A stretch of DNA of 64,000 nucleotides from Sphaerodactylus townsendi (lineage: Eukaryota): positions 33,108,001 to 33,172,000 of the forward strand of contig NC_059437.1 of the NCBI RefSeq assembly GCF_021028975.2, given 5' to 3'. The position numbers and the translations under genes were made by a program. A model generated the notes under the pieces. It had not been told where the DNA came from and did not search any database. It saw only the letters and a list, made by a program, of their open reading frames with translations. Position 1 is the stretch's first letter; every line of letters starts with the position of its first letter. Shown in pieces: positions 23,201 through 32,834 of the stretch.

Positions 23201-26200
23201 GAGAGCCAGCATGATGTACTGGCGAGGGTGTCAGACTAGGACCTCGAATCCCCACATGACACGTACGCTTGTTGTGTGAGCTTGGGCCAGTCATACACTC
23301 TCGACTCTGACCCCGGCTAGCATTTGGATGGGAGACCTCCAAGGAATACTAGGGGCGTGATGTGGAGGCATGTAGTAGCAAACCATCTCCAAAGGCCTCT
23401 TGCCTTGAAAACCCTCTGGGGTCGCCATAACTCAGCTGTGACTTGACAGCAAAAAGAAAAGAAGAGTGCTCCTCTCCTGGGCCATCTGACTCGTTCACAA
23501 ACGTTGTTTGCATCTTTGGGGGTCTTTCTGCACAATAAATGTGACACACACAAAGACGTTTTCACTTTTGCGCAATATAGCAACCCGTAAGATATAAAAT
23601 GATAACCTTTGCAGTGGCTGAGGCAGCTGATCTTGACCTTTCAAAGAAGTGTGGAGAGATGGGCGCTTTAGCATAGGAAAAGGACAGCTCACATCCTCTT
23701 TTAGAAGGGAAACATGGTCATTTCCCCAAAAGAGGCAACCTTGCTGGAGGTGTGCTGCTTTTAAAAAGAATGTGGCTGGGTGAGCATTCTTACACTGGAG
23801 GATTTGGTCTCCAAAGGATGAATAGCCCAGGATTAGTCTGTCTAGCCTAGACAACAAGAAGGGGTGAGTATGCATACACTATTACCAACGATTTTATGCT
23901 GCCCTTATTACATAATGGATTGAGCTCACATCTTGGCCGAGGTGGGTTTCCACAGTCACATCCCACATAGCAATTACAAAACTATTACCTTTGCAATCAG
24001 CAGCTGTCCAGCTCCTTGCAATTTCCCCAGATAAACACTATTGTTGGTTGTTGTGGGTTTTCTGGGCTGTGTGGTCATGGTCTGGTAGATCTTGTTCCTA
24101 ACGTTTCGTCTGCATCTGTGGCTGACATCTTCAGAGGTGTATCGCAGAGAGAAGTTTGTTACACACTCTGAAGATGCCAGCCACAGATGCAGGAAAAACA
24201 TTAGGAACCAGATCTACCACACCACAGCCACACAGCCCGGAAAGCCCACAACAACCAGTTGAATCCGGCAGTGAAAACCTTCGACAACACAAAAAACTAT
24301 TGTGTTTTGAGTACTGGGGCATACGGCGTGTGTATCCCATTACAGCTATGCACCCCCTTGAGGGAAGATGTGCAAACTGCACACAACAAATAAACATTTC
24401 ACAGGGAATCAATTGTGCAGAAAGACCACAGTTGTGTATATTCACACAACTGTATGTATATGTCTGCATGGGTGCATGGGCAGAGATGCTTAGCCCCTCT
24501 GCAGCCCAATTGGCTAGAGGTGCCCTTTCCCTCTCCAGTCGGAAGAGGTTTTCCCAGGTCATTTCAGGATGCAGATCTCCCGTCTCATGCTCTTGTCTCC
24601 GAGACTCCTAACTGCCCACTAACTGTTGTTGCTGATCTTGACTGTTTCAGTTTGTGGGCATAACCTATGTCTTGGCCATCCTCTGGCTCCTGGTCCTGGC
24701 CTGCTCCGCAGTCCCTGTCTACATCTACTTCAGCACTTGGACAACATGCAACTCCATTGCAAATCCCACCAAGACATCAGCCAGTATCGGCAACCTATGC
24801 ACTGATGCCAGGATGTATGGTGAGTGATATGCATCTTTGCCTTGACAGGATCAGCATTTTCCAGTGGGAGACCACTGCACAATGGGTTCATTGGGGAACC
24901 CATAGGTCCTCTTCTCTAAGTGCAAGTCCTTGGTGGAAAGGGGTTTTTGAAGTGAAGGGATGCACTATTTCCTATGAGACGACAGCCAGCAATTTTTGCA
25001 GGGCCCTGCAGCCCAGCCTGAGAATCTGATCCTCTTTTCCTCATGCCCAGAAGATGGACACCAGTAGTGTACATAAAACAAAGCATTCTCTCATGGAATA
25101 AACCAAGCGTTTTTCTTAGACAGGTCTTTTTGCCACTCCTACACCAACAAAAAACTTGCAGAAATCCTCTTCCTCTGCTTCTTCTGAAGCAACCTAATCT
25201 GACATCAGCTCACTCTGGGTGTCTTGTTTTCACGCAGGTGTCCTCCCCTGGAATGCTTCTCCAGGAAGAGTGTGTGGGCAAAGCCTTCTTTCCATCTGCA
25301 AGACAGCCGAGGTGAGTTCCCAGCAAAAGGAGAAAAAGAATGTAAAAGGAAAACCTGAAACTGCCCAGAATTAAACCCATGAAGGAAGTATGCTAGAGGC
25401 CATAGCACCTCCAGAGGGTCTTCATTTTTGAACGAAACATTATATGAAGCAGCTGAATACTGAAGCAGCCCATCAAGCTTAGTAGTATCTAGCTGGCAGG
25501 GGCTGCCCATTATATACTCCTTTTAAATGTCAGGAAACATGTAACTTCCTACAGATGAAGCACACACCCATGAGACACACTCTATTGCCTCCCAGAGGAT
25601 TTTTTCCCCTTGAGCACATTTTGTTAGTTCTTCTCTGGCCATTTGTTATTGCCTAATTCGTTCATCACTGAGCGATATGCTAGTTGCTGGTTGGCAGAAA
25701 GTACAGGGGACATAATCACAGCATTCCACACTGGATGGCTCAGGCCTCGGGGCCCTTTCATACCTGTGGAGCAGAAGGAAAACAAAGTTGACTGGAAGTG
25801 ATGTAGCTGCAACTCTTGCCCCTTTCCTCCTCTGCCAGCCAGAGGGTGTAGTAGCATGCCATTTGGCCACTGACTCCATGGGCCACTGGCTCCGCACTGC
25901 ATGTCTATTGAGAAGCAGCCAGAACTGATATCTGCTGTTGTCATTTCCTTACAGTTCCAGATGACTTTCCATCTGTTCATTGCAGCATTTGTTGGGGCTG
26001 CCATCACACTGGTGGCGCTGGTAAGTTGGTCCTTTAACAGCTGTTCACTTTATCTTATTTACTTAGTCTGCCTGTCTCACTGGGACTCAAGACGGTGTAC
26101 ATAATATACAACAATACACTCAGACAACGTAAGACAGCCACCAAACAATGCCGTTGAGCTAGGAATGCTGACAGGTTGATATTATTAACATCTGTTCACA

Positions 26201-27204
26201 TCAGGGAAAGTAAATTCCAGTGTGTCATGCCCTATAAAATACAGCATCTCTACACAGTCTTTGTCATTCTTGATTTGCAAATGGGTGTCCCAGAACTGAG
26301 TCAACACTTCTTGGTTGAGTGGATGGCAATGAGAGTCTCCCGTGGGAGAAAAGTGAGAGTGGGAAGTGGATCTAAAGGGTACAATATATGGAGGAGAGGT
26401 CAGGGCAGTGCTAAGGACAGGGAAGTCCCACCATTTAAGGGCAGGGAAGTCCCACCATTTACCACTTATGATGCCCAAACTACACTAATAACCAGAACAG
26501 CAGCATTAATTTTCATCCAGGGTATTATACAGAAGGTATAACTCAGTAACATTTAAAATGAAACCACAACACAGCACGATAAGAATGTTACAATGAATGC
26601 CCGATTAACTAAAAAAAAATGGCAGTATCAGTCTTGGCCACTACAAATAAGTCTGGGCCAGAGGTGTATCTAGGGAAAATGGAGCCTGGGGACACAATCT
26701 GAGTTTCGCGCTCCCCCCCCCCTCCGCCCATGGGCAGCTACCCTTCCCCACCATGACCAAACAATGATTTTTACACCAGATCTAATGGCTCAGTCTGTAT
26801 GGGGGGATGTTTTGGCGCTCCCCACGTGACCAGAATGGTGGCACCCCAGGGACATTGGGTACCCTATGTCCCTAGGCAAATACGCCTCTGTTCTGGACAA
26901 AGATGTTTCATATTGCACTGGAAAAAGCCTGGGCTTCAGTGGCTTTTGGGCATGCCATAGCCCTGAGAGTCCCTCCTCACAAACTGTTGACCTTAACTCA
27001 CAAATGGCATTGCAGGAGTGAACCAGGAGGGCTGCAGCAGATCCCACAGGAGGGCTACTCTATTATCTTTTGGGGTGTAAATGTGCTACTCTTCTGATCT
27101 CATTTCCTCCTTGCTGCTTTCCTCTCCACCAGCTCACTTTCATCATTGCGACCACCTACAACTTTGCGGTCCTGAGGCTCATGGGCCGAGGCACAAAGTT
27201 CTAA
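11203..27204 (+). CDS. PLP1: Myelin proteolipid protein PLP1/DM20, 277 aa: join(11203-11206,20296-20482,21475-21736,24651-24819,25238-25311,25955-26020,27133-27204)
   Basis: Coding exon lengths 4+187+262+169+74+66+72=834 nt, all introns GT-AG; translation [26 protein letters not shown]...[14 protein letters not shown]. Confidence 0.98.
11985..12075 (+). mobile_element. 3' fragment of tRNA-derived squamate SINE
   Basis: GTTTGTAAGCCTCTTTGAGGCTCCTTACAG...TTCTCTTCTTCT matches the tail of the 39223 copy. Confidence 0.65.
14958..15065 (-). mobile_element. CR1 LINE 3' end fragment
   Basis: (CATAAGGA)n tail followed by CTGGATCAGACCAAAGTCCATCTAGTCCAGC, the reverse complement of a typical CR1 3' end. 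Confidence 0.7.
20296..20482 (+). CDS. PLP1: PLP1 exon 2
   Basis: cacag|GT TTG TTA GAT TGC TGT...GAT GT|gtaagt; [42 protein letters not shown]. Confidence 0.98.
21475..21736 (+). CDS. PLP1: PLP1 exon 3 (3A 21475-21631; PLP-specific 3B 21632-21736)
   Basis: tgcag|A ATC CAT...; DM20 donor ACG|gtaaca after 21631; PLP donor AAG|gtgatc after 21736; 3B is 105 nt, [35 protein letters not shown]. Confidence 0.98.
23200..23463 (+). mobile_element. Chimeric SINE: tRNA-SINE head + 5S rRNA-derived segment + Sauria/BovB-type tail
   Basis: Head GAGAGCCAGCATGATGTA; 5S-like GGCTAGCATTTGGATGGGAGACCTCCAAGGAATAC (about 23315-23349); tail GGGTCGCCATAACTCAGCTGTGACTTGACAGC plus A-rich end; flanking direct repeat GAGTGCT (23193-23199, 23464-23470). 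Confidence 0.75.
24045..24295. mobile_element. Penelope-like element terminal fragment in inverted-repeat configuration
   Basis: About 95-bp inverted arms; TSD ACTATTGT (24037-24044, 24296-24303); same family as the copies at 29531, 54516 and 63324. Confidence 0.8.
24097..24137 (-). ncRNA. Minimal type I hammerhead ribozyme motif (Penelope-type)
   Basis: Minus strand CCU CUGAAGA U GUC AGCCACAGAUGCA GAC GAA ACGU U AGG: both core boxes, stem I, stem II and palindromic ACGU in place of stem III. Confidence 0.7.
24651..24819 (+). CDS. PLP1: PLP1 exon 4
   Basis: ttcag|TTT GTG GGC ATA ACC TAT...ATG TAT G|gtgagt; [27 protein letters not shown]. Confidence 0.98.
25238..25311 (+). CDS. PLP1: PLP1 exon 5
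   Basis: cgcag|GT GTC CTC CCC TGG...GCC GAG|gtgagt; [24 protein letters not shown]. Confidence 0.98.
25955..26020 (+). CDS. PLP1: PLP1 exon 6
   Basis: tacag|TTC CAG ATG...GCG CTG|gtaagt; [22 protein letters not shown]. Confidence 0.98.
26412..26461. repeat. 24-bp tandem duplication
   Basis: TAAGG(A/G)CAGGGAAGTCCCACCATT x2. Confidence 0.9.
26659..26890. mobile_element. hAT-type MITE (232 bp), short relative of the 40997-43790 element
   Basis: TIR CAGAGGTGTAT / ATACGCCTCTG; degenerate 8-bp TSD GTCTGGGC / TTCTGGAC; shares CCCCACCATGACCAAACAATGATTTTT and the right end with the larger element. Confidence 0.8.
27133..27204 (+). CDS. PLP1: PLP1 exon 7 coding part
   Basis: accag|CTC ACT TTC...AAG TTC TAA; [23 protein letters not shown]. 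Confidence 0.98.
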   Translation, partial: LTFIIATTYNFAVLRLMGRGTKF

Positions 27205-29135
27205 ACGATGAAGGAGTTGACATCGCATTTACAGGACGCCTCTCGTCCCCTAACGACAAGGCTTTAACCTGATGCAGTCACACAACGCCGAGCCTCCTAC
27301 TCTAACTCCGCCAGTTTCCCTCCTCATCCTCTATGCTATTTGACCCTGGATGTGTGGCAAGCGAGAAGAGACACCCTCTCAAGGCAGCAGAGCTCTTCAC
27401 ACCCTTTTCTCTCCACGTACATCTGAAGCAATTTGGCCTCACAGCAAAAATAAGAGAGTGCTGCAAAATAAAAGGGATGTCTTGCCCTCGATTTGCAAGG
27501 AAAAGTGCAGCAAATTTACTCCAAGTTTTCTGCTCCCAACGACAAAGCATAGGAATGAAATCACGCTTGTTAACTGTCAAGGTGGCAAAGTGATCCCAAG
27601 AGGGAGACAGAGAGAGACAGACAGAGGGAGAGAAGGAAGTGCTTGGAGCTTGCTAGAGACTCTTCTTGATGCCGCAGAAGGTGGAACTTCCATCACTCTC
27701 TGAACAAGGAGTAGAGGACATGAGGATGAAACAAACCTTTACAGGATCCTACTTGCCACTGCCCAGGCAAAGGGGTTAAAAGCAAGGATCTTCCTGATAC
27801 AGGAAGAGAGCGCTGACCCCGCCCCCCTCCAATGCTGACAGATTCCTCCTTTCCTTAACCCAGTCAATCCTACTGAAAACATTTAAGGAGCTTGGTGCCC
27901 CTACAGCCAAGAGGGCCTCTTGCCTTCATACTTTGACACAGAAGAGCCAGGCTGCTCTTCTTGCTTCCTCTGTGCTGGCATTTTGCTAACCAGTTGGGCA
28001 GATGTCGGTATTAGCCTAAGGACATCTGTAATAACCAGTAACTTGAGTGTGTAATGCGAGAGGCTCCCTTGCTGTATGTGGGATAACCCTTTTGGACCGC
28101 ACATCTGTGCTATATGCCTTTCCTTTTGTAACCAGCTGTGGAACTGAACTTTCTCCAACCTTCACAATGGTGCTCTTTTCTCCCAGTGACATTTGCTTCC
28201 ATATGTTCTATGCGCAGACGACCTTTTGCAGAATCTAATATTTGCTCTTTTGGTTCTTGTTGCTATTTGCTGTCTTCAATGAGCTGCAGAAACTTGCTGC
28301 AAACCCTGTTTGAAAACCTTATTTGAAGTCTTCTACCATTGTTAATGTACAGTCAAATTAGAAAGATCAACAAATAGAAGAGTGTAGAGCATTCTGGGTA
28401 ATTGTATTTCCAGCCAATTTGAATGAGTTAGAGACTGCATGGAATGAACCTCATGGGGCGGATCCCTTAAAGGTGTGCCAAATAAGAATTTGCAGGCCAA
28501 AAATACTTAAAAAAAAAACTGGAGCCACTAGCATAGGACTGGGACTTCATTATGCCACTGGGCAAAGAGAACCAACCAGCGGGCTACCTCTGGAAGTGAC
28601 ACAACCAAAACATGAGGAAGCAAATGGTCCATGGCCACTAAGACTTCCTTATTCCAGCCCTGACATGCAGTGCTTAACCACAAGTCGAAAGACTGAGGCT
28701 TGCTGCTTATTTACTGGGGAAACCAAAATCACAGTGGCAGAGAGCAGGGATGTTAGAGAGACGGAAGGCAGGCCAAGATAGTCCTGCTGAGCAGGAATGC
28801 CAGCCTAGACCAAATTGATTAGGCTGTCAACATACACAGGGCAGGGGAAGGGGGAGGATCAGGGTGGGAAGGGGTGGGACAAGTAGAAGCCAGTCAAGAT
28901 CAGGGCAAGTGAAGTGATCCATTTTTCATATTTCACTTTGATTTAACTAACACATAACCAGCCCCCATTGCCCTCCCAGCCCCCTCACTCTCCCCAAGAA
29001 ATACAGGACAAAATAGTTAATAAGCTGAAAAGTGTTTTGATCATTCTGATTATGAATTTCACCTTTTTAACAAAGCATAAAAGAACATGTTTTCAGAGAC
29101 TTACCTTACAAGGTGTATTTTATAAAATTTAAGAA

Positions 29136-29141
29136 AATAAA
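29136..29141 (+). terminator. PLP1: Candidate distal PLP1 polyadenylation signal (proximal candidate at 27467-27472)
   Basis: AATAAA in an AT-rich context followed by GT/T-rich TTTTGTTTGTTTGTCT. Confidence 0.6.
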
Positions 29142-29530
29142 ATTCAAAGATGTCTGAACATACACACACACGCATTTTGTTTGTTTGTCTGGCTTGGATT
29201 CCATTTGTCCAGTGCTGTATGGGCTCCTAAATGGTTGGTAAGTCTTTTGTGTTGCAGCAATTGAGTTAAAGGGAGACAAAAAATGCCTGGAGTTGAATCT
29301 AATTATGAGCCACCAACAAGAGGTAGAATTCTGCAGGGTCCTTTTCAAATGCTAAGACTTCCAGGGGTCATCCTTACTACTATCACTTGTGCTACTGCAA
29401 CATCTATTAGTAGTGTGTAAAACCATTAGTGAAGCTGTCTCCTTTACCCATAAAGGATGAAAAAGTACCCCCCCAGGTTTAAAAAATATGAACCCCAGTG
29501 GGGTACAGAATGAAAAAAATTAAAGAAATA

Positions 29531-29729
29531 CTGTCAAAGGCTTTCACGGCCGGATTCAACTGGTTGGGGTGGGTTTTCCGGGCTGTGTGGCCGTGGTCTG
29601 GTGGATCTTGTTACTAACGTTTCGCCTGCATCTGTGGCTGGCATCTTCAGAGGTGTATCAGACTGTAACAGTCTTCCCTCTGTGATCCACCAGACCACAG
29701 CCACACAGCCCATAAAACCCACCACAACC
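29531..29729 (-). mobile_element. Penelope-like terminal fragment with short inverted arm
   Basis: Perfect 10-bp TSD TAAAGAAATA (29521-29530, 29730-29739); homologous to the 24045 copy. Confidence 0.8.
29613..29653 (-). ncRNA. Minimal hammerhead ribozyme motif (core intact, stem I with one mismatch)
   Basis: Minus strand CCU CUGAAGA U GCC AGCCACAGAUGCA GGC GAA ACGU U AGU. Confidence 0.6.
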
Positions 29730-32274
29730 TAAAGAAATATTGTTCAAAAGTTACAAGATGGCAGTGTATTGATGCAGGGAGAGAAAATGAGACTTGCTGG
29801 TGTTTGTAAGGGTTATGTGAGCATTCTAGTGGTACAATTCTAGAAAAATCAGCTTCTAAAGACATTTGCTAAACTACAAGTTCACAAAATGGTGTCAGTG
29901 CTACGCTACAGTATTGCTGTTCAACCTTGATGTCACAGACATTAGCCAACAGTGCATATATGCTATTTTGACTGCTATATGGCAACACACCAAAAAAACT
30001 GGGTGGAAGTATCAGCGTTTCCTAGCAACAAAATATTTTTCCTGTACTGAGAAAATGTCAGAGACCTTCAACAGAACCATAAGGTGTTTCTTCAGCATCT
30101 CTAGTGTTTCAGTAGAATGTCTTCCTCGTGCACAGGTAAGTAAACATTCTCTAGTCTGTTATCATGTGACTGGAGAATCTGAAGGTCCTCTCCAAAATGA
30201 AAACACTTCTCCCTTTCGCCCAGCTTCTGTCCTGTCCTGTCCTATCCCATCCCATCTTTCAACTCTGATTTCTGTACTTAGCACCCACGTCAGTAGGAAC
30301 GTGTGGATCTATCAATTGAGCGCATTGTCCACAGCTCTCCCACATACCACAACCATTCTTTCTGCACACTGAAAGGACCTTGTGGGTGTTCAGATCAGCT
30401 GAGAATCAGGAACGAGGCATGTAAACAAGGTCTGCTCTCTCACTGCTAAAGCACGCTGCTCCCCCTGGGGGAGGGGGTCGGGGCAACCTCAATAGTGCCT
30501 TGTGTGTGTGTGTGTGTGTGTAAGGCCATGGCTTTCTCAGAGCCAAGTCTGGCTCCTGTGCTTCAAGCACAGAGAAGATAGTATTGAAGGAGAACTAGCA
30601 GGGTTTCTGAGGGAAAAGAGGTCAGTGTCCAAATAGAAGAAATGGCATGTCCACTGGCCCAGAAGGTACAAGGTATGGTGAGTAGAAACATCATACAGTG
30701 CCCAGACTGAAGGCCTCCTGCAAATCACTCTTCTCACTCCACAGTACATAATCTTGAATTCCATAATGGAGAAATATAAATTTAACAGATAACATTGTCC
30801 TGTGTCACTTTCATGCAAGCACGCAGACAGCTTCTTAGTTTAAGCAGCGACAATCACACCTACTCTGTTTTGGGCTCATGGCTATCTGTACAGAATGATC
30901 CCTAGAGCTGCAAGTATTGCATGCGAATACACCGCATGGCACTTCAGGGACCTTTAGGCAAAAAAAGGTGGATAATTATCCCAAATAAATTAATGTTTTT
31001 TGTGTTCATCACCTTCTAGTCTCCTGCATCAGAATGTGCCCTGATGCAATAAAATATTCAACATATCTTGAGGTTACAGTTTTAGCTCTACTGCTGTAGC
31101 AAAGCTCAACAGCCTTCAGCTGTCTAGTCAACACCCAGATGGCTAGAAGGTATGGGGTGCAGGGAGAGAAATACAGGAGCCAATTATTTAGTGGGATTAA
31201 CCTCGTGAATTCAGAGTAAAATTCTTCCTAGGGATAACCTAATCACTCTTCAACTGACAAAAAGACAAGCCAATTCGGTAAGAAATGTAACTGCATAAAG
31301 ATGTCTCATCTGGGTACATAAGTATGAGAAAGAAGCAAAGACGCTCAAGCCAAGAAGGTCTACACCATTACAGTGGAATAATGGGATTTCATCTGCCTCA
31401 GATGTTTTGATCAGCTGGCAATTACGTTGTGGAGTTTTACCAAAAACAGGCTGAGGTATCCATCAGATTCAACTCTGCATTGATTGTCGCGTCTTATAGC
31501 TCCAGACTCTGATATTCAACCTCCTCCTTGTGGCTGCAATCCTCCTTGTTCAAACCAAAGTACAAATCATCAGGAGGAATGACATCAAAACAAACTGGAA
31601 GGAAACTTCAAAACAGAAACCAGGTAACCAAGAATATTGACAAAAAGCCTAATAACAGAATGGATACTGAAAGGGTGCACATGCTCCATTATCATAACGT
31701 TAATTACAAATAATTTAAAAATTCCATTTACACCAACACATTTCAGCCAATAGGTCATCTCAGTCGTACAAATTGTTAAAATACATAACATAAGGTAAAA
31801 TGATTTAAAATACAAAATACTGCATTTCTGACCAAGTTCAAGAAGGCCAGTTCAGTAACTAATCCTCCTTCATTACCGGAATAGACGAGGACCTTCAAGA
31901 ATCATTTTTCAGACTGCTGAAAGATACAGCTCTGAATGTGGACATACACAACTTAGTTCACTGTGACCTTTCTTAAAGAGATATTTAGACCAGGCATAAC
32001 AATTTGAAAAATTATTCCCCATCTACTCCAATAACGAAGGGGGGTAATCCAGTTCATGAACTACTTCTTGTGTGTGTTTTAGAGCTTGATCAGAAATGCT
32101 AAATGTTGTATTTTTTACATAATTTTACTTTACGGTATGTAAGAGTTTATACCACTGTGGAAGGACTATTGGATCAAACGCATTTGGCTTTAATTGATTT
32201 CTTTTACTATTCATAATGTCTTAAAGTTTTGTTAATTTATCACATGTACCCATTAATTATCCATTTGGAATAGT

Positions 32275-32570
32275 GAACATAAGAAAATCCCTACTAGATC
32301 AGATCTGAGCTCCATCTGGTCCCACATTTTCCTGTGGAAAACTGCTGTTTTCCAGTGACCAGATGTCCCAGAAGGCCTATTCTCATCAGTGCCATTCAGT
32401 GCCTGCATATTCTAGTATCATGGGAGATAGTTTTCATTACCCAGTTTATATGTACTGTATGAAATTATGTGAACCTCTATCAAGCCCTCCTTCCCAAGTT
32501 ATGTATTTTTCTAAACCAAATAGCTCCAGATGCTTCAGCCTTTCTGTGCAGAAAAGATTCTCTTCTTGAA
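32275..32570 (-). mobile_element. Old CR1 LINE 3' fragment
   Basis: GAACATAAGAAAATCCCTACTAGATCAGA...CCATCTGGTCC and TCTAAACCAAATAGCTCCAGATGCTTCAGCCTTTC resemble a CR1 3' end and ORF2 terminus. Confidence 0.55.
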
Positions 32571-32828
32571 GTACCCAGAGCATGAAATTTCCCAGAATCC
32601 AGAGCCCAAAATCTCCCAGAAATCTCTTTCCATGACGAATCTCAACTGAAGGAGGCAGCTAAGATTACTCCACTGCTAGCTTTGGATGCAACCATAGAGA
32701 TCTCCAGGTGGGCATCAGGCACACCTGGTGAAACTGGCTGTGGTTTGGCATGGATTTGCATCATGTGCTCTTTTCATGAACAAAAACACAAGGAAGGAGG
32801 TTAATCATTCCCTTAAATACATTCACAT

Positions 32829-32834
32829 TTTATT
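32829..32834 (-). terminator. RAB9B: Candidate RAB9B polyadenylation signal
   Basis: TTTATT (AATAAA on minus) about 2.5 kb downstream of the RAB9B stop. Confidence 0.45.

Noticed and set aside
23310-23355. Possible 5S rRNA gene
   Set aside because: Only a diverged 3' half embedded in a SINE; no box A region or terminator.
24131-24611. ORFs containing LKMPATDAG that recur at 29534 and 54448
   Set aside because: Translation of the non-coding Penelope terminal repeat, not a gene family.
30501-30520. (TG)10 microsatellite and several G/C homopolymers elsewhere
   Set aside because: Ordinary simple repeats with no evidence of function.
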